DNA of 54,714 nucleotides from NCBI GenBank assembly GCA_943324415.2, contig CALPLN020000001.1:1-54714 (forward strand). Reading direction: 5' to 3'. The position numbers and the translations under genes are program-made. This DNA is from Sediminibacterium ginsengisoli. GTDB taxonomy: Bacteria > Bacteroidota > Bacteroidia > Chitinophagales > Chitinophagaceae. Of this stretch, positions 20,002 through 28,894 are shown in pieces (the first letter of the stretch is position 1; every line of letters starts with the position of its first letter). The notes beneath the pieces were generated by a model that saw only the letters and a program-made list of their open reading frames with translations, made no database searches and had not been told where the DNA came from.

Positions 20002-22410
20002 TTATTTTCTGATTTCTGCTTGAATGTTTTTTTCAAATGCGGCGATCAATTTTTTCATCATACCATCAATCTCCGTATCCGTTAAAGTGGCTGATCCTGC
20101 ATTGAATACAAAATTAATGGCGACTGATTTTTTATTGGTGCCTAGCTTATCGCTTTCGAAAATATCAAATACGCGCGTCTCTTTCAATGCATCCAATTGA
20201 ACGGTCTTGATCGCTTGTTCAATGGCGGAGTAAGCTACATTTTGATCAATCACCAATGCAAGGTCTCGCTCTACAGAAGGGAATTTAGAAATCTCTTGGT
20301 ATTTCACCGTGCCTGACTGATAGGCTTTTAATAGTGTTGCGAGATCAACATTTAAATAGGCCACTGCTTGCTTAATATCAAACTGCGCAAGTTTTTTCCC
20401 ACCTACTAATTCAATGGTGCCTAAGACTATTTTGCCTGCAATCACTTCAAATTGTCCATTGTCAATTGGATTAAAATTTATTTTTTTCAATCCCAACAAT
20501 TCACAGATTGCTAAAGCAAGCCCTTTGAGTACAAAGAAATCTTGCTGGGCAGCTTTCGCTCTCCAACTATCTTGTACTTGCTTGCCGGAAAGATAGATCG
20601 CTAAAATTTCTTGCTCCTGATATTTGCCAGCCGCAGTCTTTGCATAGACCTTACCCATTTCAAAGAAAGAGATGGACTCGTTTCTTCTGTTATTATTATA
20701 CGCAATGGTCTCTAATCCTGTCTCTAACATCGTTGGACGCATGACATCTAAGTCTGCACTTAAGCTATTCAACATTTTAACCGTTGTCTCTAATTGTGCT
20801 TCTGAATAATATTTACTATTGGTAATCGAATTGGTTAAAATTTCTGTGTAACCACGACCCACTAAATAGTTCGCGATTTTATTTTTAAATTGCTCTTTGG
20901 CTTCTAATAAATCAATCGATGGACTAATTGTGATAGAGGTTGGAATTTCAATATTATCTAAGCCATCGATGCGTAAAATTTCCTCTACTAAATCGGCCGC
21001 AATACTGATGTCAGGCTTATTATAAGGCACAGCCACTTGAATGCTAGCTGCATCTTGATGCAATACATCAAATCCTAAACTTGTCAAAATAGCCACCGCT
21101 TTATCAGCTGCATACTGCTTACCACTTAATTTTTTTAAGTACGCAAAAGTCATAGACACTTTTACTTTTTCAGCAGGATTGGGATACAGATCCACCACCT
21201 TACTGCAATTGCCACCTGCTATTTCTTGAATCATTGCGGCAGCTTTCTCTAATACTTTTACTGTACTTGCAATGTCAACTCCTTTTTCAAAACGTGTTGC
21301 AGCATCCGTTCTTAATCCATGGCGCACGTAGGTCTTACGAATATGTACATTTTCAAACCAAGCACTTTCTAAAAAGAGGGTAGTTGTTGCTGCACTCACT
21401 CCGCTATGCAATCCGCCAAAAACACCCGCAATACACAATGGCTTTTCGGTGTCACAAATCATGAGATCTTCTGCGCTTAATTTTCTTTCTTTCTCATCTA
21501 GTGTTACAAACAAACTATCCTGAGGACATTTTTTGATGATTACTTTTTTATCCTTGATCTTAGCTGCATCAAATGCGTGCAATGGTTGTCCGGTTTCGTG
21601 AAGGATATAATTGGTGATGTCCACGATATTGTTAATAGACCTTGCCCCAATTGCTTGTAATTTGTTTTTTAACCAGACTGGAGAGGGCCCCACTTTTACA
21701 CCTTCGATTAAAATACCACTATACCTTGCGCAAGCTTCCGGATTTTCAATCACCACTTCGTAGGGAGTCAAAGCAGCATCTACCAATGGCGCTTGCTTAA
21801 ACGGACTAACTGGTTCGGCTTTAGTTGTATGGTAAGTCAAATAGGCACAAACATCTTTTGCGACACCATAGTGACTCATCGCGTCCATTCTATTGGGTGT
21901 TAAGCCTATTTCATAGATCCAATCTTGATAATAATCATATAATTCGGCCACAGGCGTTCCTACTTGAATCGCAGCGTCTAAGACCATAATACCTGCATGG
22001 TCTTCGCTCAATCCAATTTCGTCTTCTGCGCAGATCATCCCCTCGCTTTCTTCCCCTCTAATCTTTGCCAATTTCATCGTAATCGATGCGCCTGATTTTG
22101 GGTAAATGGTTGTGCCCACTTGCGCTACCACCACTTTTTGGCCCACAGCCACATTCGATGCGCCACAAACAATATTCAATGGACGATCTCCGCCCACTGC
22201 GACTTTGGTCAATTTTAATTTATCCGCATTCGGATGTTGTGCCAATTCAAGCACTTCTCCCACTACCAATCCTTGTAGTCCGCCTTTGAAATTTTCATAC
22301 ATTTCTAAGGATTCTACTTCTAAACCTATAGATGTCAATATGGTAGATAATTCTTCTTTGGGAATGGGAGCTGGTAAATATTCACACAGCCAGCGATAAC
22401 TAATGGTCAT
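20002..22410 (-). CDS. pheT: Phenylalanine--tRNA ligase beta subunit
   Basis: HPNADKL, IVCGA, SEGMIC, LTPNR.D, GQPLHAFD, DLVEEILR, SKFPSVERDLA. Confidence 0.98.
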   Translation of the reverse strand: MTISYRWLCEYLPAPIPKEELSTILTSIGLEVESLEMYENFKGGLQGLVVGEVLELAQHPNADKLKLTKVAVGGDRPLNIVCGASNVAVGQKVVVAQVGTTIYPKSGASITMKLAKIRGEESEGMICAEDEIGLSEDHAGIMVLDAAIQVGTPVAELYDYYQDWIYEIGLTPNRMDAMSHYGVAKDVCAYLTYHTTKAEPVSPFKQAPLVDAALTPYEVVIENPEACARYSGILIEGVKVGPSPVWLKNKLQAIGARSINNIVDITNYILHETGQPLHAFDAAKIKDKKVIIKKCPQDSLFVTLDEKERKLSAEDLMICDTEKPLCIAGVFGGLHSGVSAATTTLFLESAWFENVHIRKTYVRHGLRTDAATRFEKGVDIASTVKVLEKAAAMIQEIAGGNCSKVVDLYPNPAEKVKVSMTFAYLKKLSGKQYAADKAVAILTSLGFDVLHQDAASIQVAVPYNKPDISIAADLVEEILRIDGLDNIEIPTSITISPSIDLLEAKEQFKNKIANYLVGRGYTEILTNSITNSKYYSEAQLETTVKMLNSLSADLDVMRPTMLETGLETIAYNNNRRNESISFFEMGKVYAKTAAGKYQEQEILAIYLSGKQVQDSWRAKAAQQDFFVLKGLALAICELLGLKKINFNPIDNGQFEVIAGKIVLGTIELVGGKKLAQFDIKQAVAYLNVDLATLLKAYQSGTVKYQEISKFPSVERDLALVIDQNVAYSAIEQAIKTVQLDALKETRVFDIFESDKLGTNKKSVAINFVFNAGSATLTDTEIDGMMKKLIAAFEKNIQAEIRK

Positions 22411-22450
22411 GATGCTACTTTAAGGTATGCTTCAAAAATACAATTTTATG

Positions 22451-22550
22451 TTTAAATAACCCGTGAATAACTCCTGAATAACCCGTGAATAACTGTAATT
22501 TTAATGTGCAAATCCAATTAGAAAGGACTGTGAATAAGCCTATTGGATAA
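22451..22550. promoter_or_regulatory. Cluster of co-oriented DnaA-box-like 9-mers
   Basis: CGTGAATAA 22462, CCTGAATAA 22473, CGTGAATAA 22484 (11-bp period, weak TTTAAATAA at 22451); exact TGTGAATAA 22529; ATTGGATAA 22542. Confidence 0.65.
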
Positions 22551-22609
22551 TTAAATTTCGGGATGCCGAATTTTGAAGGGATTTTCGCAGTAAGAAAAGT
22601 AAGCAAAAT

Positions 22610-24181
22610 ATGGCCCTCCCAAACCTCAATACAAGATCAACAACGAGAAAAAAAACTAGCTCCGTAGACGTTAGTGCCATGATGTATGGGAAAATACCGC
22701 CGCAAGCTAGAGAACTAGAGGAAGCGATCCTTGGTGGTATCCTTTTAGAGAAAAGTGCATTTGACACCGTAACAGAAATATTGAAGCCGGAATGTTTTTA
22801 TGTAGAAGCGCATCAAATGATTTTTCAATCGATGCAAAGTTTGCAACAAAAAAACATGCCGATTGACATGTTAACTGTGGTGGAAGAATTGAAAATGCGC
22901 GAGTATTTAGACCAGGTTGGCGGCGCCTATTATATTTCTAAATTAACCAATGTAGTTGTTTCTACAGCCAATATAGACGCGCATTCTAAGATCGTTTTAC
23001 AGAAATTCATTCAAAGAGAACTGATTAGGATTAGTGGTGAAATCATCACCAATTCTTACGAAGACAGCACTGATGTATTTGACTTATTGGACGAGAGTGA
23101 AACAAAGATGTTCAATATCACCAATAACTATCTTAAGAAAAACTTCGTGGATATTGGTAATGCCTTAGCAGAATCGATTACACGTATTGATGAATTAAGA
23201 ACTAAAAAAGATGAGATCTCTGGTGTGCCTAGTGGATTTGCATCATTGGATAGAATCACTTTTGGATGGCAGCCAACCGATTTGATCATCTTGGCAGCAC
23301 GTCCTTCTGTGGGTAAAACCGCATTCGCATTGAACCTTGCTCGTAATGCAGCATTGCACCCTACTAAGCCTCAGGGTGTCGGATTCTTTAGCTTGGAGAT
23401 GAGCGCCTCTCAATTAGTGCAACGTATTTTAAGTGCAGAGAGTGAAATTAAAATGGAGAAAATTTCAAGAGGTAAACTAGAAGATTACGAATACCAACAA
23501 TTGCATACAAAGGGAATTAATAAATTAGAGTCGGCACCCATCTATATCGACGATACTGCTGCTTTAAATATTTTCGAGTTCAGAGCGAAAGCAAGAAGAT
23601 TGGTGAACAAACATGATGTAAAAATTATCATCATTGACTACTTGCAATTAATGAGCGGATCTGGTGATAGAAATTCAAACAGAGAACAAGAGATCAGTAA
23701 TATTTCTCGAAGTTTAAAAGCATTGGCCAAGGAATTGAATGTGCCCATCATAGCATTGTCACAGTTGAGTCGTGCGGTTGAAACTAGAAAAGAAAGCAAG
23801 ATGCCGCAGTTGAGTGATTTACGTGAATCAGGTGCGATCGAGCAGGATGCCGATATGGTGATGTTTATTTACAGACCAGAGTATTATGAAGTGATGAGCA
23901 ATGAGATGGGCGAAAGCACAATGGGTGAAACACATATCAGGATTGCGAAACACAGAAATGGTTCTTTAGATTTAGTGAAGTTGAGAGCAAGATTAGATGT
24001 ACAGAAATTCGAAGAATGGGATGGAGATAGTGGCATACCTGGGCTAAGTAATAATTATAAACCTATCTCTGCCAATCTTGGTGGCGGCGATGCACAAGAC
24101 GGTGGAAGATTTTTTATTCAAGGTAGTAAGATGAATGGAGGAGAATTTGATGATGGCTTAAATGACGATCAACCATTCTAA
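22610..24181 (+). CDS. dnaB: Replicative DNA helicase
   Basis: KIPPQ, LAARPSVGKT, FFSLEMS, IIDYLQLM, LSQLSR, SDLRESGAIEQDAD; no intein. Confidence 0.99.
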   Translation: MALPNLNTRSTTRKKTSSVDVSAMMYGKIPPQARELEEAILGGILLEKSAFDTVTEILKPECFYVEAHQMIFQSMQSLQQKNMPIDMLTVVEELKMREYLDQVGGAYYISKLTNVVVSTANIDAHSKIVLQKFIQRELIRISGEIITNSYEDSTDVFDLLDESETKMFNITNNYLKKNFVDIGNALAESITRIDELRTKKDEISGVPSGFASLDRITFGWQPTDLIILAARPSVGKTAFALNLARNAALHPTKPQGVGFFSLEMSASQLVQRILSAESEIKMEKISRGKLEDYEYQQLHTKGINKLESAPIYIDDTAALNIFEFRAKARRLVNKHDVKIIIIDYLQLMSGSGDRNSNREQEISNISRSLKALAKELNVPIIALSQLSRAVETRKESKMPQLSDLRESGAIEQDADMVMFIYRPEYYEVMSNEMGESTMGETHIRIAKHRNGSLDLVKLRARLDVQKFEEWDGDSGIPGLSNNYKPISANLGGGDAQDGGRFFIQGSKMNGGEFDDGLNDDQPF

Positions 24182-24190
24182 ACAGTATTT

Positions 24191-24892
24191 ATGTCCGTTC
24201 CTTATTTTTACGAACCCCTTGTGGCTGCTGGCATGACGCAGTTTACGATGAGCGAAACCTCTAGTAAACACTGCATTCAAGTGCTCAGAATGGACGTCGG
24301 TGATGCAATAGATATCACCAATGGACAAGGTGGTTTATTTCATGCAACGATTCAGGTGGCACATAAAAAAAACGCCCTTGTCGCAATCACAGAAACAATA
24401 CAAACAGAACGCCCTTCACAAAAATTACATCTAGGTATTTCTTTGTTAAAAACCGCCGTACGTCTAGAATGGCTTTTTGAAAAGGCAACTGAAATGGGCG
24501 TGACAGAGATAACTCCTTTGGTTTGCGAGCGAACGATACACGAACGTTTTAAGACAGAGAGAATGCAACAGATTATTCAATCTGCTATGATTCAGAGCCA
24601 ACAAACTTGGCTACCAATTTTAGTGGAGCCAACGCCCTTTTCCCATTTTATAGCACAAACTGCTGCCTCCCAAAAACTCATTGCGCATTGTGAGCCTACC
24701 AACAAGGCTTCTATCAAATCCATCCTGCCTAGCAACGACTTAGCTTTATTGATTGGCCCCGAGGGCGACTTTTCTCCAACAGAAATTGAAGCAGCTATCG
24801 CAAAGGATTTTACCCCTATTGATCTTGGCCCTACCCGACTCAGAACAGAGACTGCTGGTATTTTTGCACTGAGTGTATTAAAAAATTTCTAA
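24191..24892 (+). CDS. rsmE: 16S rRNA m3U1498 methyltransferase
   Basis: HCIQVLRM, EKATEMGV, IGPEGDFS, LGPTRLRTETAG. Confidence 0.95.
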   Translation: MSVPYFYEPLVAAGMTQFTMSETSSKHCIQVLRMDVGDAIDITNGQGGLFHATIQVAHKKNALVAITETIQTERPSQKLHLGISLLKTAVRLEWLFEKATEMGVTEITPLVCERTIHERFKTERMQQIIQSAMIQSQQTWLPILVEPTPFSHFIAQTAASQKLIAHCEPTNKASIKSILPSNDLALLIGPEGDFSPTEIEAAIAKDFTPIDLGPTRLRTETAGIFALSVLKNF

Positions 24893-24901
24893 TTTGCAGG
24901 C

Positions 24902-26095
24902 ATGAAAGTGCTTGAAGTTAACACACCCGAATTAGACAAATCCTTTGTAGGGATCAATGCCCTTGTTAATAAGGACAACCCATTTTACATTCGACCTTTA
25001 GACAATGAAGTGCTTGCGACTTTTGATCCAGCAAAGAATAAACTATTCAAAGAAGGCGCAGCAAAAAGATGGATCGTTCAAGACGAAGCAGGCAATACCC
25101 TTGGTCGCATTGCCGCATTCCATTATGAAAAATACAAAAACAAGGGAACAGATTTTGCCACAGGTTGTGTGGGCTATTTTGATGCAATAGAAGATCAAGG
25201 AGTGGCTAACCTTTTATTTGACACGGCAAAAGCTTGGTTAATTGCAGAGGGGATGGAAGCGATGGACGGCCCAATTAATTTTGGTGATCGAGATAAATGG
25301 TGGGGATTAATGGTAGAAGGTTATGATAGAGAACCGATGTATGGTATGTCTTTCAACCCACCTTATTATGAAACCTTATTTGCCAACTATGGTTTTGAAA
25401 ATTTCTACAACCAATATTATTATCGCATTCTTTTATCCACCGGACTTCCTGATCGTTTCAATGAACGTTATGAGAAATTCAAGGCTAAACCGGATTATAG
25501 CGCCAAACATTTAGATAAAAATCAGTTGGATAAATTTGCACGTGATTTTGTTCAAATCTACAACGCAGCATGGGCACAGCATGGTGAGGCAAAAGCCATT
25601 ACACAGGAGCAAATCATGCAACTATTTAAAACACTCAAGCCTGTCATGGACGAAAGAGTGATTTGGTTTGCCTATTACAAGGAGGACCCGATTGCCATGT
25701 TTATCAATATCCCAGATGTGAATCAATACTTTAAGTATTTTGATGGACAATTAGGATGGAAACAAAAAATCCATTTATTGTGGATGAAATTTAGAAAAAC
25801 GAATACGAGGTTAACCGGATTGGCCTTTGGCGTAGTGCCCAAATTTCAAGCTTTAGGGATTGACAGTTTTTTAATTTACTCCAGTTTCTTAATGCTTGAA
25901 AAAATAAAGATTTACGACGAATATGAAATGGGTTGGGCAGCAGATTGGAATCCCAAAATGGTCAATATTTACAAAAGTCTTGGCGCCAATCCTAGCAGAC
26001 GCATGGTCACCTGGAGGCATATTTTTGATGCCGAAAAACACCCTTTTGAGCGTCATCCCCTAATGGAATACAAGAGTCCAAGTCAAGTCAGTTAA
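24902..26095 (+). CDS. Tandem-GNAT-fold acyltransferase (YghO / bacterial ceramide synthase-like family)
   Basis: FDPAKN, GRIAAF, GYFDAI, GPINF, GLMVEG, NPPYY, YNAAW, PDVNQ and GVVPKFQ motifs. Confidence 0.65.
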   Translation: MKVLEVNTPELDKSFVGINALVNKDNPFYIRPLDNEVLATFDPAKNKLFKEGAAKRWIVQDEAGNTLGRIAAFHYEKYKNKGTDFATGCVGYFDAIEDQGVANLLFDTAKAWLIAEGMEAMDGPINFGDRDKWWGLMVEGYDREPMYGMSFNPPYYETLFANYGFENFYNQYYYRILLSTGLPDRFNERYEKFKAKPDYSAKHLDKNQLDKFARDFVQIYNAAWAQHGEAKAITQEQIMQLFKTLKPVMDERVIWFAYYKEDPIAMFINIPDVNQYFKYFDGQLGWKQKIHLLWMKFRKTNTRLTGLAFGVVPKFQALGIDSFLIYSSFLMLEKIKIYDEYEMGWAADWNPKMVNIYKSLGANPSRRMVTWRHIFDAEKHPFERHPLMEYKSPSQVS

Positions 26096-26173
26096 GGGTT
26101 TCAGAAATGGGGGATAAGATTTGCTCCCTAGCTCTGAAAAATACCTTTTGATGCAGTATATTGCAGCTCAAGT

Positions 26174-28024
26174 ATGGAGAATTTTATCGTATCAGCAAGA
26201 AAGTATCGTCCTCAAAACTTTAATACAGTAGTGGGTCAATCGCATATCACTACCACATTAAAGAATGCGATCCTAAACCAACATCTAGCACATGCATTTT
26301 TGTTTTGTGGACCAAGAGGTGTGGGTAAAACAACTTGCGCGCGTATCCTTGCAAAAACAATCAACTGTACCAACATTACAAAGGAAGGCGAAGCTTGTAA
26401 TCAGTGTGAAAGTTGTGTCTCTTTTGAAAAAGGTGCGAGTTTAAATATCCATGAATTAGATGCGGCGAGTAACAACTCTGTAGACGATATCAGAACACTT
26501 GTTGAACAAGTTCGCTTTGCACCACAGGCTGGCAAATACAAGGTCTATATTGTGGATGAGGTCCACATGTTAAGTACAAGTGCCTTCAATGCTTTTCTTA
26601 AAACATTAGAAGAACCGCCACCCTACGCAATTTTTATTTTAGCCACTACCGAGAAGCATAAAATCCTTCCAACAATCCTAAGTCGATGTCAAATTTTTGA
26701 CTTTAAAAGAATTGTTCCAGAAGATACCGTAAAGCATTTAGAGGAGATTGTAGAAAAAGAACATATCAAAGCAGAAAGAAACGCCTTACAACTGATTGCT
26801 CAAAAAAGTGAAGGTTGTATGCGTGACGCATTGAGCATTCTAGATAAAATAGTGAGCTTCTCCAATGGCGCCTTGACCTATGACAATACATTAGAGCATT
26901 TAAATATTTTGGACGAGGGCTATTTCTTTAAGTTGTTAACCCATCTTACAGAACAAGACCTGACAAGCGCGATGTTATTGTATGACGAAATCAACCAAAA
27001 AGGTTTCGAAGGAGACACCGTACTATATGGCATGGCCTCGTTTATCAGAAACATCCTTGTTTGTAAAGATAAAGCCAGTGCCCATTTGCTTGAATCGATC
27101 GAGGGATGGAGAGACCAATACTTGGCTGCTGCCGAAAAGATTGGCACACCCTATTTAGTGAGTGCATTGAATATCTTAAACGAATCTGAGATCCAATTCA
27201 AGATGGCTCGCAACAAAAGATTGCATGTGGAATTGGCCTTAATCAAACTCAATTTTCTACAACAAGCAATTGAATTAAGTATGGAAGATGGCCAGCTAGT
27301 AAAAAAAAAACTAGTTGATTGTCACTACCCTATTCGCACTAAAAAAATCATCCCTTTAAGTAATATCGTTGTCAATGCGGAGGCTAAACTCGTTATCGAA
27401 ACAGCTGCAACAGCAAAGCCTTTAACAACATCAACTTTAAAGCCTGAAGCAATCACAACAAAAGCGCCTGTTGCTGATCAGCAAGCACCCATTGCCACTC
27501 CTACTGCTAATCCGGTAGTCTCCTCAACTAGTCAACCTAGCAGCAATCCTGTTCCGCCTAATTTAGGTGGCAAGAAAAGTCTTTTAGCCGTACTACAACA
27601 GAAATATGGCAGTGAGTACAATATTGAAGAAGTTAAAGAAGCGATTTCTTTGGACATGGACACGCTTCAAACCTGCTGGAACGACTATGCCAACAAAATG
27701 GAGCAAGACCTGAAACACTCTGTAGCAGGCACTTTCAGAATTGCTACACTCCAAATAGAAGATCCTACCCATTTCACTATCACAGTTCCCGCTTTGACCG
27801 CACAAAAATTTGTAGAACAAGAAAGAATGAGTTTAATGGAAACTATTTGGGAGCGTTTTCAGAATCGCGCAATTCAATTTAGTATCCTTGTTGATGCTGG
27901 TGAAAAAGAAGATGTGCCATTGCATATGAAACTTAATAGCAAGCAAAAATTCGACCATATTGCCAAGCAATATCCATTGGTTCAACAGCTTAAAGAACGT
28001 ATGAATTTAGAAGTCAATTTTTAA
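26174..28024 (+). CDS. dnaX: DNA polymerase III subunits gamma/tau
   Basis: ARKYRP, GPRGVGKT, Cys zinc cluster, ELDAAS, DEVHML, KTLEEPP, SRC. Confidence 0.97.
   Translation: MENFIVSARKYRPQNFNTVVGQSHITTTLKNAILNQHLAHAFLFCGPRGVGKTTCARILAKTINCTNITKEGEACNQCESCVSFEKGASLNIHELDAASNNSVDDIRTLVEQVRFAPQAGKYKVYIVDEVHMLSTSAFNAFLKTLEEPPPYAIFILATTEKHKILPTILSRCQIFDFKRIVPEDTVKHLEEIVEKEHIKAERNALQLIAQKSEGCMRDALSILDKIVSFSNGALTYDNTLEHLNILDEGYFFKLLTHLTEQDLTSAMLLYDEINQKGFEGDTVLYGMASFIRNILVCKDKASAHLLESIEGWRDQYLAAAEKIGTPYLVSALNILNESEIQFKMARNKRLHVELALIKLNFLQQAIELSMEDGQLVKKKLVDCHYPIRTKKIIPLSNIVVNAEAKLVIETAATAKPLTTSTLKPEAITTKAPVADQQAPIATPTANPVVSSTSQPSSNPVPPNLGGKKSLLAVLQQKYGSEYNIEEVKEAISLDMDTLQTCWNDYANKMEQDLKHSVAGTFRIATLQIEDPTHFTITVPALTAQKFVEQERMSLMETIWERFQNRAIQFSILVDAGEKEDVPLHMKLNSKQKFDHIAKQYPLVQQLKERMNLEVNF
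27301..27310 (+). other. A10 homopolymer, candidate slippage/frameshift site in dnaX
   Basis: GTA AAA AAA AAA CTA at codons 376-380; both shifted frames stop within a few codons. Confidence 0.7.
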
Positions 28025-28033
28025 TCCTGTATT

Positions 28034-28387
28034 TTACAATTTAGCTTTGGTATACCCTTTCTGCTTAAGGTATTGAAATACTTTTTGACGGTGATCTCCT
28101 TGAATGATTATTTCTCCATCTTTTACAGCACCCCCAGTGCCACAAAAGTTTTTGAGGGCTTTTCCTAAAGCTTCTAAATCTGCTTCGGGACCTTCAAAGC
28201 CATATACAATCGTCACTGTCTTACCTGCTCTATGTTTGGTTTCTAGAATAACCCTAAGGGCTTGTTCGGCTGGCGGCAAACTTGTTTTAGGTTCCTCCTC
28301 CTGAGGTTGCATATAGTCTGGATTGGTGCTATATACCAAGGGGATACTTGAAAAACTATTGAAGGTATTTTTTGGCTTTTTACTCAT
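28034..28387 (-). CDS. yciH: SUI1/YciH translation initiation factor family protein
   Basis: LVYSTNP, RAGKTVT, LKNFCGTGGAVKDGEIIIQGDHR. Confidence 0.92.
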   Translation of the reverse strand: MSKKPKNTFNSFSSIPLVYSTNPDYMQPQEEEPKTSLPPAEQALRVILETKHRAGKTVTIVYGFEGPEADLEALGKALKNFCGTGGAVKDGEIIIQGDHRQKVFQYLKQKGYTKAKL

Positions 28388-28398
28388 CTTAAAAGATT

Positions 28399-28788
28399 CT
28401 AGTTAACTCTCATGCTCACAATGACAAAACCTTTCTTTGCAGCTTGTAACAATAAGGTCAGATTGTATTTCTGTTGGCTGGACAATAATTTACCAGTGAG
28501 ATACAAAGTATTCCCTAATTTTCTTTCTGCACTTTTCTCAAAACCAACAATATTTTTTTGATTGAAAAACGCTTGTAAGGTTTCGTTGGCTTGTTGAGCT
28601 GTCAATGGTTTTGTTGCAGCTTGATCTAAAATGCTAGACTCCACTTGATTGTCCCAAAAGCTCTGGAGCGCACTGAAATTTCCTGTTTGCAAATGTTGTA
28701 CCAATATTTCAGTTTCATTTTGTGCTTTAACACCAATGCTAGCGTGCAAAAGGGCCAATACAACAAGTATTTTGGATATTAACTTCAT
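28399..28788 (-). CDS. Exported small protein (DUF4783-like)
   Basis: Signal peptide; GNFSAL..F...VE and QQA...L..FF patterns. Confidence 0.55.
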   Translation of the reverse strand: MKLISKILVVLALLHASIGVKAQNETEILVQHLQTGNFSALQSFWDNQVESSILDQAATKPLTAQQANETLQAFFNQKNIVGFEKSAERKLGNTLYLTGKLLSSQQKYNLTLLLQAAKKGFVIVSMRVN

Positions 28789-28894
28789 TTTTGTCTATTA
28801 TAGTAGGATAAAGTTTGTAATGTGCCTAGTATTTTGAAACTTTGAGGTATAAAAATAAACAAATTCTAAGCAACGCTCTAAAAAGTTAAAAAAT

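Noticed and set aside
15515-22410. gatA without gatB/C, pheT without pheS, rplS without trmD
   Set aside because: Dispersal of such operons is ordinary in Bacteroidota and is not evidence of loss.
22451-22495. Possible mini-CRISPR or iteron repeat
   Set aside because: Units are 11 bp with no spacers, and no cas or rep gene is nearby; DnaA boxes fit better.
22415-22767. Short minus-strand ORFs across the pheT-dnaB gap
   Set aside because: No recognisable features; they overlap the promoter/box region and dnaB.
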